The notes under the pieces: generated by a model
Told to the model about the DNA's origin: nothing
The model's database searches: none
What the model saw: only the letters and a program-made list of their open reading frames with translations
IMG/VR virus record: IMGVR_UViG_3300037631_000967
Coordinates: 1-30,933 of that record
Source of the DNA: a virus
Taxonomy: Duplodnaviria > Caudoviricetes
Reading direction: 5' to 3' (one strand)
Length of the DNA: 30,933 nt
Part shown: positions 9,201-18,293 of the stretch, piece by piece
How positions within the stretch are numbered: the first letter of the stretch is position 1
Layout: the number at the start of each line of letters is the position of its first letter
Made by a program: the position numbers and the translations under genes

Positions 9201-9845
9201 CCCAACAGCCTCAGCAGTATCTCGCTCTTCAGGTGTAGCTGTAGATGGAGTTTTATCTATGCTTCTGTAGTAATCATCTTTGCCAACTGTATATCCTAAT
9301 GGAATAGTACTGCCAGTAAAAACAGCACCTGCACCAACTGGGCCAGCAGCTAAACCTCCAAGACCTGATCCTGCAAGCTGAGTTCCTATTTGACCAATAG
9401 TGTCTACAACTTGATAAGCGAAATCTTCTTGTACACGTTGAGGAGTAGGAGCAGTTATCTCTTCTCTGGCTTCTCTTCTGGCTTGATTCAAAGAGTCTGA
9501 TATTTTATTTAAATCAGCCTGTCTTTCAAGTTCAGCAACCTTAGCTGCTTCTCTGTACTCAGGTTCAAGTTCAGCAATAACTTGTCTAGCTTGTGGAGTA
9601 GTGTACACCAAAGGAGGTCCTTCAGCTCCTCTGCCTAAAGCAGCAAAATCTACAGCAGACTCTCCCAAGGAGTACTTCATGTCACTGACATTAGCACGTT
9701 GACTGCGAAGAATATCCCCAGGAGTCATGGAAATATCTTCAAAGAGCTGGTAGCTTAACTCTTCTAACTGGTCTTGAGTAAGTTCTTTTTCAGAATATAC
9801 TCTTTCAGTTTGACCATCTCTAGACCTGAATACGTAGTCTGGCAT
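6276..9845 (-). CDS. large internal virion / DNA ejection protein (putative)
   Basis: 1189 aa, last gene of the morphogenesis arm. Gly/Ala-rich hydrophobic segments (GSGLGGLAAGPVGAGAVFTG; FALGAIGGGAFGTAGA) and a helical body, typical of podovirus ejection proteins. Assignment is by position and composition. Confidence 0.65.
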   Translation of the reverse strand: MPDYVFRSRDGQTERVYSEKELTQDQLEELSYQLFEDISMTPGDILRSQRANVSDMKYSLGESAVDFAALGRGAEGPPLVYTTPQARQVIAELEPEYREAAKVAELERQADLNKISDSLNQARREAREEITAPTPQRVQEDFAYQVVDTIGQIGTQLAGSGLGGLAAGPVGAGAVFTGSTIPLGYTVGKDDYYRSIDKTPSTATPEERDTAEAVGAINGIKTYALEKIGIKGIQKVFLKNKEINKNLFKLAEEGKLTKDSFKEITKDVGKAALGEGFTEAADEAGLNILANSLFGYDPERETLEGTGRSFALGAIGGGAFGTAGASPRIARETAAVPLKAITKANKALSGVSESLAKGTLKAKDMVKNAPLTAKVLDGLMKNGIDVRKITESVSKKIVPVTKDLIKSIKDSSFFQKSMPVVDDIITPISSKIRSINKNAFIALNSYKSESKNKQSDYFKKIFPYLSKLNEIEKSNPEDYQLIYNSFHKTNNRNLLNPIHEKYEIKKEFDEYVKALEDLRSEALSSGVQVGEIEDFLPRNMKDYDGFRKYLGLQGNDDIVEKALKKMAESDEDYSVDKVGEFFEKIIIEDLKKSNNPKYKGIGTNPLKKRVIDNVSDEAVKFYHTPQNASVYYVNKMVKSIADANLLRDFNAVDRSEFKDIEQRETQAEEVQDRIVVQSINDEKSPKGMGPTPVDQGDATTRTRDKVSSDELPYVLGSSFEVKGIPIKFESNVDKALYAYNKFKDSRKDQSLRTYLRRQLDLEEGKKSAREILSKSKEVVSAVGKAERKFKKKGGVPPHLSKSLGSGRIVKVLRDELIEGRLDQKGYDDIIRLLRGAFKSNANFVSESSAAYGRKDFANFSRGVKSFTTLAFMSNPMSTVTQLGDFAYNLFENKQAAFQGDKDISFSLEDLNLAGQSVGFEFTSDGSIPDKLQKAIDTVFTLTGFRKLDEKMKEKFINSTYVRVKNQLGKSANEKSAKVFDEISDLMGPENAQKVVNDIRAGSKTDLVSEFLFYKLSEIAPLSRLDMPYAYLTNPKIRMAYALKSYTMKQLDYARRNVFKKILSGNEDEVQEGLQNLFQMLISLMIANAPVEFIHAFFKEGSLPTLSDLTTENLWRVFGLNSYTGMVAQREGVGSAAVGMLIPPAVSLVDAAGKDIAGFNFPGTEESKTTQFIPIIGKNLSWAMKQSKEE

Positions 9846-9898
9846 TATTTCTTTCGACGAAACATTCTGAAATTAAAATGATTAAGTTTTATTAACTG

Positions 9899-10888
9899 TT
9901 AAAATGATCCTAATGCAGTAGCCGCTTGCGGATTGCCGTAAATATAAACACTAGTTCCATCATCCAGGTTAACTTCTTTTTTTTCTTGAACTTCTTCTGA
10001 CATTCTCCCAGATTTAATAAGATCATAAAGACGTTCTGGAAGACCTGCCGCTTGAGCAATTTCTGGATTTCTCCTAATGCGTTCATTGTATTTTTCTATT
10101 GATTCAAGATCAAAAGGGCCTGCTTCAAATTCCTGTTTGCCTTGAAAGTAATTACGTATTGCCTTGGTAATTGCATACATTGGAATTAGATCCAGGCCAG
10201 ACTTAATGCCAAACAAATCTCTTTGAAGTTTAGTGTCTTCTGGAAGCTTGCTCAACGCAGTAAGGTACTCCTCAAACTGAGGATCGTCCTTAGAAAATTT
10301 TTGTATTAATTCTCTTCCACGAAGGTTATATTCTTTGGTAAGGTCAGCTCCTATTGCAGCCACTTCTTCTGGGGCTAAAATGCCTTTGTAATCTTCAGCA
10401 ACACGACTTATTACTTCTGGAGTTGCTCTAAATGCTCCAGTTTCTGTTTGGGCTTGGCCCTTAAAATTAGTCCTAACATCTTCAAATATTGCTTCTTTTC
10501 TAGCCTTTAACTGTTCAGCCTTAAGCAAAGCCAACCTGCGCTGCTCTTCCGTTTGAGCAATCTCAGCATTCTGCATAGTGGTTAGCAACTTAACAAGTTC
10601 TCCTTGCCCGCCTTTGCCCATAGAAGAGTACACATCTTCAGCACTAGGTCTATCTTGACCAAATACTCTTTCCCCTAAAGGAGAATTTAAGACACGCTCA
10701 ATTACTCTAATGTTTGAAGCTTTTTCGTCTGCTTCTATTTTCTTCTGCTTACGCTTTTCTATGCCCTCGCTAATAGTATTAAATAACTGTTGATTAGCCT
10801 GTGCCTTTACAGCAGCTATCTGTGGGAGTGCTGAGTAATCTTGGCGAAGTGCAGAAAGATTTACGGGGGTTCCTGATTTAAGTGCCAT
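9899..10888 (-). CDS. putative internal virion / ejection protein
   Basis: 329 aa, coiled-coil-rich, middle gene of three downstream of the tail genes. Confidence 0.55.
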   Translation of the reverse strand: MALKSGTPVNLSALRQDYSALPQIAAVKAQANQQLFNTISEGIEKRKQKKIEADEKASNIRVIERVLNSPLGERVFGQDRPSAEDVYSSMGKGGQGELVKLLTTMQNAEIAQTEEQRRLALLKAEQLKARKEAIFEDVRTNFKGQAQTETGAFRATPEVISRVAEDYKGILAPEEVAAIGADLTKEYNLRGRELIQKFSKDDPQFEEYLTALSKLPEDTKLQRDLFGIKSGLDLIPMYAITKAIRNYFQGKQEFEAGPFDLESIEKYNERIRRNPEIAQAAGLPERLYDLIKSGRMSEEVQEKKEVNLDDGTSVYIYGNPQAATALGSF

Positions 10889-10893
10889 AATAT

Positions 10894-12738
10894 TTAAACG
10901 ATAGGGTTTACATTAGCCATGGGCCTTGTGTCTTGATTTATTGAAAAACCAGCACTATCTTTATTTCTATTTAAAAGATTTCTTATCATATCATAACCAA
11001 ATTGTACAGCTTGTCCAGCATAAGGTATAGCCTGAGCGTATAGTTGCCTTTCGGCTCCTCTAGAAATAGCTTCAGCGGCTCTAGTCCCTTGCCTTTCGCC
11101 AAGGATGTTGCCAATGTCCATTCCAGTAATTCCAAGAACTTGTCCAGGATCTACTCCAATTTCAGGAGCTATTTGACTATAAATACCACCCTCAATATCT
11201 GCCATTAGTCCAGCAGTAGCTCTTTGCTGACCAAGAAGATTACTTGCAAGTTGCAAGTTAATGTTCTTTTGTTCCTCACGCAAACGTCCTGCTTGCTGCT
11301 CACGAAGCAAAGGATCTATTTCTCTACCAAGTGCAGAAGCCTGACCAAAACCAGCTTGGGTAGCAGCTCGATTTTCAAGGAATGACAACTGACCCATTAG
11401 TCCTTCAGCTCTTGCGCCAAGCATATCAGACCTTTGTGCAAGTGATTGCATCAATGGGCCTTGTGCTTCACGTACGTCTTCAATTATGTTTCCGTAAATG
11501 TCTGTCTTAAGCCCTGCTTGCTGTTCTGAAACAGGACGATCAAGCTCCAGTATAGATTGAATAAATGCTGATGCTTGAGGAAGAGATTCTATTGCCGTAG
11601 GATATATTCCTGGGACTTCTCCTGCTTCAAATGATGCTCCTGATTGGAATGCAGGAATTGCACTAAGCATCTGGAAAAACTTTTCGTAGTCAAATCCTTC
11701 TCCAGTACCAGTACCTGCACCTGTACCTGTACCTGTGCCTGTGCCTGTGCCATCGTCTACACCATCGTCTATAGTTTCGTCTATAGTTTCTTCTTCTTCA
11801 TTCATGTCTTTATCTGTGTCTGTATCTATTTCGGTATTGGTGTCGGTATCTACATCAGTATCTATATCAGTATCTACATCAGTATCTGTATCTATATCAG
11901 TATCTGTATCTACATCAGTATCTATATCAGTATCTATATCAGTATCTGTATCATCTGGAGAGATAGTATCTGGAGCGTCCTCCCCAGTTTCTTGTTTATA
12001 AATTTCTCTAGTTATTAACCCTTGAGTAAGTAACTGAAGTGGATTTAAACCTTCTGGAACAGGTATTGTCCTTCCACCTGGAAGTGTAATTATGCGCGTT
12101 CCTCCGCCTCCACCCTCAATACCATAAATTGAAGGAGTTGGAGTAGTAGGTCTAGCAGAAGTACCAGCAGGAGCAGAAGTAGAAGTAGCAGGAAGAGCAG
12201 GAGGGGTAGGAGTAGTAGTAGTAGTAGTACTAGGAGTCCTAACATTACTAGTTTCATTGCTAACAGTAGCACCTGATTCGTCAACAAAAACTGGAACATA
12301 CCCAGTCATACGTGTAGTTATTTCATCTTGTCCTGCCCTTTTCCTTGCTTTATTAATTGATGCTAGTTCATCAAGAGTAACAACCCTTTTATTATCCCCA
12401 TATCCAATTCTAATTCCTAGAATTGTTCCTATTTGTTCACCAGCTTCATTACGTTGAATAATGTTAACAGGTTCACCCGATAATGCTCCCCGTCCACTAT
12501 AAATATCGTCAGCTATTCCATCTCCATCTGAATCTTCGTAGCTTCCCTTTGACATCTCAGAAGCCCTGATGCCAATTATATCTAAAAAATCCGCAAGATC
12601 ACCTAGACGACCTAAAGGCTCCCCACTGAATATTCCAAAAGGATTCTCAAAAAACGGCTCCCTTTTATACCCGTAAAGCTCTTCGAACTCTTCGTCGGTA
12701 AGATCTTCGTAGTCGTCTTCGTAATCTCCGTAAAACAT
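10894..12738 (-). CDS. putative internal virion protein with low-complexity acidic repeats
   Basis: 614 aa: acidic N-terminus, DSDGDGIAD motif, Thr/Pro linker, (DT/DI/DV)n and (GT)n repeats, then a Gln/Ala/Gly helical C-terminal half. Confidence 0.6.
   Translation of the reverse strand: MFYGDYEDDYEDLTDEEFEELYGYKREPFFENPFGIFSGEPLGRLGDLADFLDIIGIRASEMSKGSYEDSDGDGIADDIYSGRGALSGEPVNIIQRNEAGEQIGTILGIRIGYGDNKRVVTLDELASINKARKRAGQDEITTRMTGYVPVFVDESGATVSNETSNVRTPSTTTTTTPTPPALPATSTSAPAGTSARPTTPTPSIYGIEGGGGGTRIITLPGGRTIPVPEGLNPLQLLTQGLITREIYKQETGEDAPDTISPDDTDTDIDTDIDTDVDTDTDIDTDTDVDTDIDTDVDTDTNTEIDTDTDKDMNEEEETIDETIDDGVDDGTGTGTGTGTGAGTGTGEGFDYEKFFQMLSAIPAFQSGASFEAGEVPGIYPTAIESLPQASAFIQSILELDRPVSEQQAGLKTDIYGNIIEDVREAQGPLMQSLAQRSDMLGARAEGLMGQLSFLENRAATQAGFGQASALGREIDPLLREQQAGRLREEQKNINLQLASNLLGQQRATAGLMADIEGGIYSQIAPEIGVDPGQVLGITGMDIGNILGERQGTRAAEAISRGAERQLYAQAIPYAGQAVQFGYDMIRNLLNRNKDSAGFSINQDTRPMANVNPIV
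11701..11751. repeat. 6-bp coding tandem repeat encoding (GT)n
   Basis: cc(t/a)gt(a/g) units encode GTGTGTGTGTGAGTGTG. Confidence 0.85.
11812..11955. repeat. 6/12-bp coding tandem repeat encoding (DTDI/DTDV)n
   Basis: Repeated tatcag, tatcta, catcag and tatctg units. Confidence 0.9.
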
Positions 12739-12740
12739 CT

Positions 12741-14705
12741 TTATCCTTCCAGTGTTTGCACTCTAGCTTCCAATGATTCGATCTTGGCTACAGCCTCTTG
12801 TAGTGCTGCTGTCAAAAGCGGTACTAGTTTAGATTGGTCAATGCCTTGATATACTGGATTCCCCTCATCGTCTACTTGGTCTTTTTCACCGCTGATAGAC
12901 TCTGGAACCACTGGACTCACTTCATGAGCAAAGAACCCATCTACTACTTTGCTTGGGTTACGTGTAAAATTAAACCTATAAGGCTTAAGCTCTTTTAGGC
13001 GATCAATACCATCTGTAATGTCTACCTCGTTTTCCTTTAGCCTGTAGTCAGATGAAGTTTCGTAGTTAGTAGAAGTTGTGTCTATAATTATTTTTCCAAC
13101 CTCATTAGCAACAGGACTACCAGCACCCGTATCCCTAAAGTATACAACATTAACATCTGTACCAGCAGCAGTGGCATCTGCACCAATATTCATGCAGTTG
13201 CCGTTACTTCTTCCCATGTGAATAGTTGAACCTTGAGCAGTCTGCTCTATTTCAAGGCCGTAAGTCCCAGCATAATACCCTGGCTGCCTTGTTTGTGTTC
13301 CGCTAATATTATGAAGTACATGGTCATCAAGAGTTAGCTCACCAACAAATCTGCCAGTGCCATTTACGTCCAACTTGTAAGAAGGTGTATCATCTCCAAT
13401 GCCAACATTTTGGCTTTGGTCTATAAACAATCCAGATGTTCCAACACTCCCTCCCCCAGCAGCTCCACCTGTAGCAATCCTCAAGGCACCACTTGAATAA
13501 GTAATAAATTGAACAGAGCCAGTGCTGTCTGCAAGTCCTATGTAAGCCGTTTCGTCCGTAGATTCGAACAACGCTACTTCGTTGGTGACTCCAGAATTTA
13601 CATCTAGCTTGCAGGAAGGGTTGCTGTCTCCAATGCCTACGTTGCCATCATCATTAATCCTTACTTCTTCTGAATCATCTATTTCAAAGGAAAATGAGTT
13701 GTTTGTGGTGAACCTAAATGGCTCACTTGCACTGTCAGATGTAGGCGTTTTGATCTGGAAGTCTCTAGTGTTAGATCCCAAATCAGATTGAAATTTAGCT
13801 AACACAACATCAGTGCCATCGTTGCGTACGTGAAGCTTTGAGTCAGGAGCCACAGTGCCGATACCGACGTTGCCATCAGAAGTTAGCGTAATGTCTGTAC
13901 TACCCGCTCTACCTATTCTTAGATCGTCTTGGTAAGTATCTATAAAATAATGGTTGTATGTGGTATCCCAATCAGCCGCAGTGCGGAGTCTTATTTCTCC
14001 ACCTTCGTATTGACCAGTGCCACCACCGTACACATCAATAATTCCATTGGGTGTAGTGTCATCTGTGCCAACAAATAAATTACCAACTACCCTAGCAGCA
14101 CCGTCTACATCTAGTAGTTGAGTTGGAGATGCAGTTCCAATGCCTACTCGGTTATTAGTTGAGTCTACCTTAAGGGTCGTAGTGTCTACTGTTAAGTCGC
14201 CAGATGCTGTAAGACCAGAGGAACTAATTACAACAAGGTCAGATGATCCGTCCTCAGGGCGAAATGAATGAGTGCTTGCATCATAAAATGCTTTATTAGC
14301 CTGTGAAGCATGAGACGCTCCGTATAGTTCAACATTCGCACCATCAGTATCTCCACCTTTTAGAATTAAATTGCCCTCATTTCCAGATTGTTTAACTGAC
14401 CCAGTTACCGAAATATCGCCAGATGCTGAAAGGGTGGTAAACGATCCAGCAGCTCCAGTAATACTACCACTTGTGCTAATTACTACATCGTTTGCTAGCT
14501 GATCGGTTCCAACAGCATCAATAGCAATTTTGCCACTGCTAATACCTAAGTCCTTAACGATGATTGCGCCAGAGCCTGATTTTTGAGTAGAGATTCCATC
14601 TACTGCTCCATCAGCAAATTCAGCATCATTAACTGCATTGTTTAAAGAGCTTGCTGTTACCTGATCTCCGTTTGAAAATGTATTTCCTGTTGTAAGTACT
14701 GCCAT
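12741..14705 (-). CDS. tail fibre with C-terminal peptidase S74 intramolecular chaperone
   Basis: Four (N/R)VGIG beta-repeats. The C-terminus TSSDYRLKEN...LKPYRF...GFFAHEV..VPE...IDQSKLVPLLTAALQEA is the S74 autocleavage chaperone signature. Confidence 0.9.
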   Translation of the reverse strand: MAVLTTGNTFSNGDQVTASSLNNAVNDAEFADGAVDGISTQKSGSGAIIVKDLGISSGKIAIDAVGTDQLANDVVISTSGSITGAAGSFTTLSASGDISVTGSVKQSGNEGNLILKGGDTDGANVELYGASHASQANKAFYDASTHSFRPEDGSSDLVVISSSGLTASGDLTVDTTTLKVDSTNNRVGIGTASPTQLLDVDGAARVVGNLFVGTDDTTPNGIIDVYGGGTGQYEGGEIRLRTAADWDTTYNHYFIDTYQDDLRIGRAGSTDITLTSDGNVGIGTVAPDSKLHVRNDGTDVVLAKFQSDLGSNTRDFQIKTPTSDSASEPFRFTTNNSFSFEIDDSEEVRINDDGNVGIGDSNPSCKLDVNSGVTNEVALFESTDETAYIGLADSTGSVQFITYSSGALRIATGGAAGGGSVGTSGLFIDQSQNVGIGDDTPSYKLDVNGTGRFVGELTLDDHVLHNISGTQTRQPGYYAGTYGLEIEQTAQGSTIHMGRSNGNCMNIGADATAAGTDVNVVYFRDTGAGSPVANEVGKIIIDTTSTNYETSSDYRLKENEVDITDGIDRLKELKPYRFNFTRNPSKVVDGFFAHEVSPVVPESISGEKDQVDDEGNPVYQGIDQSKLVPLLTAALQEAVAKIESLEARVQTLEG

Positions 14706-16900
14706 TATTCTGCCTTATCTAAACTTCTAAATGATGTAGCTCCAGCTACCTTTAATGCTCTTAATCTAGGTCTTCCCTTAGTTGTTGTCAATTTAAACTG
14801 TAATCCGTAAGCTCTTCTGTTTCCAAATCTGCCCCTTAATGAGACATCTTCATCAATAGCAAGAGGAGATCCGTTAAGATCACTAATGCTATTCAGGTCT
14901 ATTATATCATCAATATTTTCTGTGATTGCTTCCAGGTCTGCATCTGAAGTATTGTTTTCACTAGATTGAATATGCAAATCAAAATTGTTCCACTTTTTGC
15001 GGTCTAAAGAATTAAGATTAAACATCCTAGTAATAGCCGAAGACAGTACTTGTGAATTAGTAACAGTACCACCTACTTGAACTATGTATAGATCCCTGTC
15101 ATCAATCCTAGATTCGTACTGATGAACTCCACCGTTACGATTTATTGCGTACACTGAACGCTTATCTCCCTCACCAGCAACAGTTAATTCACTGTACTCC
15201 CAGTCAGGGTCATTAATACTGTCTATAGATTCCCATTGCTTATTCAGGAAGTTGTAAATAAGTAAAGCGTTATTAGTGGTGCTATTATCAAGGGGTACAG
15301 CTAAGTAGTACCTATTATCAAAGTAAACAGACTTAGCCTTACTTGCGTGTGCCTTATTAATTCTTTTAATAGTTCCCTCAATAGATGCTGATAATGGAAC
15401 ATCTTGTCCTCTAAGATTGTACAAGTCAATAAAGTCCAATCCATAAACTCCATTATCAGATAGGAATACCATACTGTTTCCTATCTGCTGTACACTATCC
15501 CTAGCTAAACAGCCAACTTCATTAGTAATTAACTGAGATGCTGAGCTTCCTAAATCTAAACTGTTAGCAACAATATGTACACTATTGCGATTAAAGACAA
15601 CCAGTTTGTCATCCGAAAATGAATGAAAGCCTACAATAAAATCAGCCGCACCAGCATTAAACCTGAACTGTCCATAAATTCTGTCGTAAGTATCTGCATC
15701 AAGTATATCTGAAAACAGAGCCTCATCCACAATATTTCTGTCAGTAATTGTTGCTGATCCAGAGGTTCCCGTAACATCGAACTGATACGGTACAATCAGT
15801 CTGCGCTGATGATACGTACCAAACGCAGGAGCGGGAGAGTGCGTAAATCCTAGGCCAATAGAAACTGGTTGTTGAAGAATGACTCCACTAACATTACTAG
15901 AATCAGCAAGCTGAATATAAAAATCTACAGTAAAAGCAGTATTGTCTCTTTCAGCTACAATAAATTGATCTCCTACTGTAAAAGTTGAGGGAGACCCTGT
16001 GCTTTCTATGGTAAAAAGATCCCCAACGTCTAGGCCATTCATTGCAGATAAACTACCAAATGTAGCAGTAGCCTTACCGTCAGTGACATCTACCCTGGTC
16101 GGAGTGAGTTGTTTAGGTTGAGAATAATTTCCATTAGCAACAAGAGAAAATGCAGGAGAACTAATATCTCCATCCCACTCCATTGCAATATCTCCTTTGC
16201 GGAATATGTACAACTTGTTAAACGCTTGAATTACTGTACTTCCTTCTGGAACGGTTTCTCCAGCAGGATAAGTAAGTGTTACTGTAGTAGATCCTGAATC
16301 AGCAGTCTTAACAAGCACTGTGCTGTTAGTAGCTACGCAAGCTACGTAAGACTCAGAATCATTATTAGGATCTGAGAACTCGCAAGAAGCCTCAATAAAG
16401 TTACCAGCAGTAGAATCTATTTTCATGCCAGTAACAGCTAATGAGTCATCGGTAGGAGTGCTATCTAACCCAGTTACAGTATAAGTAATAACGTAATCAC
16501 TTACGTAAGTAGCAATAAAATTTCCATTAGGATCTATTAATCCAGTGTAATCAAATCCACTAATGTTTACGCCAGTACCATTTATTATCCCGTGAGCATT
16601 AGTTCCAAAATCTATAGTAATAAGATCACCAACTCTAGTAAAAGTATTAACAGCAGGAATTGATTCGTACAGATAAAACGGTAAGGTAAAAACGCCAGAA
16701 ACAAAGGGAGATGAAAATAATTCAATACCCCTTCTAGGTTGCCACTCACCATTAATGTCCATACGTCCATTATTAGATTCAGTCAAAATACCTGGACGCA
16801 ACTGATCTGGCCTTAACTTATTGTTAAAGCCCGTAAACCCTTGATCTAGGTCTTCTGCTATTCGGTTATCTAAATTACCGTATGAACTATATCTTGCCAT
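14705..16900 (-). CDS. tail nozzle / stabilisation protein (P22 gp10 or T7 gp12-like)
   Basis: 731 aa beta-rich protein with GCLARDSVQQIGNSMVFLSDNGVY and YFDNRYYLAVP propeller-type segments, directly upstream of the fibre and ejection genes. Confidence 0.75.
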   Translation of the reverse strand: MARYSSYGNLDNRIAEDLDQGFTGFNNKLRPDQLRPGILTESNNGRMDINGEWQPRRGIELFSSPFVSGVFTLPFYLYESIPAVNTFTRVGDLITIDFGTNAHGIINGTGVNISGFDYTGLIDPNGNFIATYVSDYVITYTVTGLDSTPTDDSLAVTGMKIDSTAGNFIEASCEFSDPNNDSESYVACVATNSTVLVKTADSGSTTVTLTYPAGETVPEGSTVIQAFNKLYIFRKGDIAMEWDGDISSPAFSLVANGNYSQPKQLTPTRVDVTDGKATATFGSLSAMNGLDVGDLFTIESTGSPSTFTVGDQFIVAERDNTAFTVDFYIQLADSSNVSGVILQQPVSIGLGFTHSPAPAFGTYHQRRLIVPYQFDVTGTSGSATITDRNIVDEALFSDILDADTYDRIYGQFRFNAGAADFIVGFHSFSDDKLVVFNRNSVHIVANSLDLGSSASQLITNEVGCLARDSVQQIGNSMVFLSDNGVYGLDFIDLYNLRGQDVPLSASIEGTIKRINKAHASKAKSVYFDNRYYLAVPLDNSTTNNALLIYNFLNKQWESIDSINDPDWEYSELTVAGEGDKRSVYAINRNGGVHQYESRIDDRDLYIVQVGGTVTNSQVLSSAITRMFNLNSLDRKKWNNFDLHIQSSENNTSDADLEAITENIDDIIDLNSISDLNGSPLAIDEDVSLRGRFGNRRAYGLQFKLTTTKGRPRLRALKVAGATSFRSLDKAE

Positions 16901-17149
16901 TTAACAATTCCAAGCTCTTCTGCTCCAGTAGTTTGCAGACAGTTTATTACTCTTACCCTTGATTCCACCTGACCTAGCACAGTAACTTTTTTTACGTGCA
17001 GGGTTACTTTTCTTGATGCTCATGTTAGCATCTCCAAAGCGTACTATCTTTTCCTTGCCACCCTGACAAGCTTTCACAACGAACTTCTTCCCACCAGACA
17101 CTTGTCTTCGCGGAACGTTACACTTCATGTTTTTCTTATTTATTGCCAC
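16901..17149 (-). CDS. small basic protein (KIVRFG...RKKSYCAR...SANYWS type)
   Basis: 82 aa, Lys/Arg-rich, abuts the nozzle start. The motif resembles uncharacterised viral families (DUF5754/DUF6321-like, from memory). Confidence 0.8.
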   Translation of the reverse strand: MAINKKNMKCNVPRRQVSGGKKFVVKACQGGKEKIVRFGDANMSIKKSNPARKKSYCARSGGIKGKSNKLSANYWSRRAWNC

Positions 17150-17414
17150 GCTTTACCGCCTTTACTCTTCTTGGTTTACCTGCTGGTTGTCCCAGTCTTT
17201 TCTTCTGGGCTATCCTTGATCGTTTCTGTGATGGAGTCATTTCACCTGATGTAACTGGTGTACGGCTGCTGACACGCTTAGATGGGCGACAGTAGGGTGT
17301 ACCCCTCTTTTCTCCTTTACGGCGACCACAAGGCTTACCAGTGCGTACATCTACCCACTTCTCCTTGAACCACCGCTTAAGAGCAGCACCCTCCTTTGTC
17401 CTCCGTACAGACAT
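17136..17414 (-). CDS. small basic protein (LKRWFKEKW...CGR...PYCRPSKRV..TP type)
   Basis: 92 aa, extremely basic. Resembles the C-terminal part of DUF5872-like viral proteins (from memory). Confidence 0.8.
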   Translation of the reverse strand: MSVRRTKEGAALKRWFKEKWVDVRTGKPCGRRKGEKRGTPYCRPSKRVSSRTPVTSGEMTPSQKRSRIAQKKRLGQPAGKPRRVKAVKRGNK

Positions 17415-17545
17415 TACTTCTTCTTACGCTTGCCCCAGTTAGAAGCACCTACCTTGCGACACTTGGCTATCGCCCCACTTGCGTACGCAGATGGGAACAC
17501 TTTGTACCGTGCCTTAACTTTTCTGTAACAAGCGTCTTTGGGCAT
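17414..17545 (-). CDS. 43 aa basic protein not in the ORF track
   Basis: Manual translation: MPKDACYRKVKARYKVFPSAYASGAIAKCRKVGASNWGKRKKK*. TAATG overlap with the next gene; PSAYxSG motif. Confidence 0.8.
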   Translation of the reverse strand: MPKDACYRKVKARYKVFPSAYASGAIAKCRKVGASNWGKRKKK

Positions 17546-17547
17546 AT

Positions 17548-17610
17548 CTATTTCTTTCTGCCTTTGCCCTTGTTTCCGTACCCTTTTGGTCTTCTTGTTC
17601 CGTAAGCCAT
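17548..17610 (-). CDS. 20 aa protamine-like peptide not in the ORF track
   Basis: Manual translation: MAYGTRRPKGYGNKGKGRKK*. The ATG immediately follows the upstream TAA, and the stop lies 2 nt before the next ATG. Confidence 0.6.
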   Translation of the reverse strand: MAYGTRRPKGYGNKGKGRKK

Positions 17611-17832
17611 TTATTTATCCTCCGTTTCTTTTTTCCTAATTTTAATTCCAAGTGTAACAAAATAAATTCCAAGACCAGTAGAAACGATACTAAGTACGCC
17701 GCCAACCATTGACAGCACGGTGTTTAGTTCAGCTAGTTTGTCTACCATAGTGCCTGTTGCAGCCAATAAACCGCCAAAGGAAAAACCAAATCCCTTTAAA
17801 AAAGATTCATGTGCTGCTTCTGGTAAGTTCAT
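17611..17832 (-). CDS. holin-like small membrane protein (73 aa)
   Basis: Start reassigned to the ATG at 17832 (ATGA overlap). Two hydrophobic segments and a charged tail KIRKKETEDK. Confidence 0.55.
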   Translation of the reverse strand: MNLPEAAHESFLKGFGFSFGGLLAATGTMVDKLAELNTVLSMVGGVLSIVSTGLGIYFVTLGIKIRKKETEDK

Positions 17833-18293
17833 TCTGAAAATAATCTCTTGTTTAAATCCCGTTGTCCAAAATACCACCCACCATATGCGAATGCTATTGT
17901 AAATATTTGCTGGAGAATAATGTCTTGGTACTGCTCAGGCATCTGAAAGTATAAGATACCAGCTAACATGTGTACGCCCACGGCAAGCAATGGACGGACA
18001 GATCCTTTAAACACAAAGTGCCATATCAACAGACCCTTTTGCCAAGGCTTCTCTGCTATGTTAGCTACGGATATTAACGCATCGCTCTCGTGCTGGGCAG
18101 CTTTCTGTGAAGCTTGGAAGTCTGCACTGTCAGCCTCAATGGTGCCCTTGTCGATCTGGAGCTTTACCATCTCCCTCTCAATCTCGGCCTGAGCCTTCAT
18201 GCCCTTAATTTTTAGCCAGCCAGACGCAACGGAGCCGACAATCCCAAGAATGCCACCAGTCCCTGCGTTAGTTAGTGCTTGAATCCAGTCCAT
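17829..18293 (-). CDS. holin-like membrane protein (3TM / GTA-holin-like)
   Basis: N-terminal GGILGIVG helix, coiled coil, SVRP motif, two TM segments and a C-terminal GWYFGQR. Confidence 0.65.
   Translation of the reverse strand: MDWIQALTNAGTGGILGIVGSVASGWLKIKGMKAQAEIEREMVKLQIDKGTIEADSADFQASQKAAQHESDALISVANIAEKPWQKGLLIWHFVFKGSVRPLLAVGVHMLAGILYFQMPEQYQDIILQQIFTIAFAYGGWYFGQRDLNKRLFSE

Noticed and set aside
11812-11955. CRISPR array or non-coding satellite
   Set aside because: Units are 6/12 bp with no unique spacers and stay in frame within a long ORF, so this is a coding low-complexity repeat.
11644-12299. ORFs 11644-12018(+), 11735-12001(+) and 12090-12299(-) with hydrophobic or repetitive translations
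   Set aside because: Shadow frames produced by the stop-free repeats of the 614 aa gene.
17514-17705. 63 aa minus-strand ORF from the track
   Set aside because: It overlaps the 73 aa membrane gene and the 20 and 43 aa ORFs out of frame. Those ORFs tile the region with tight start/stop coupling and explain it better.
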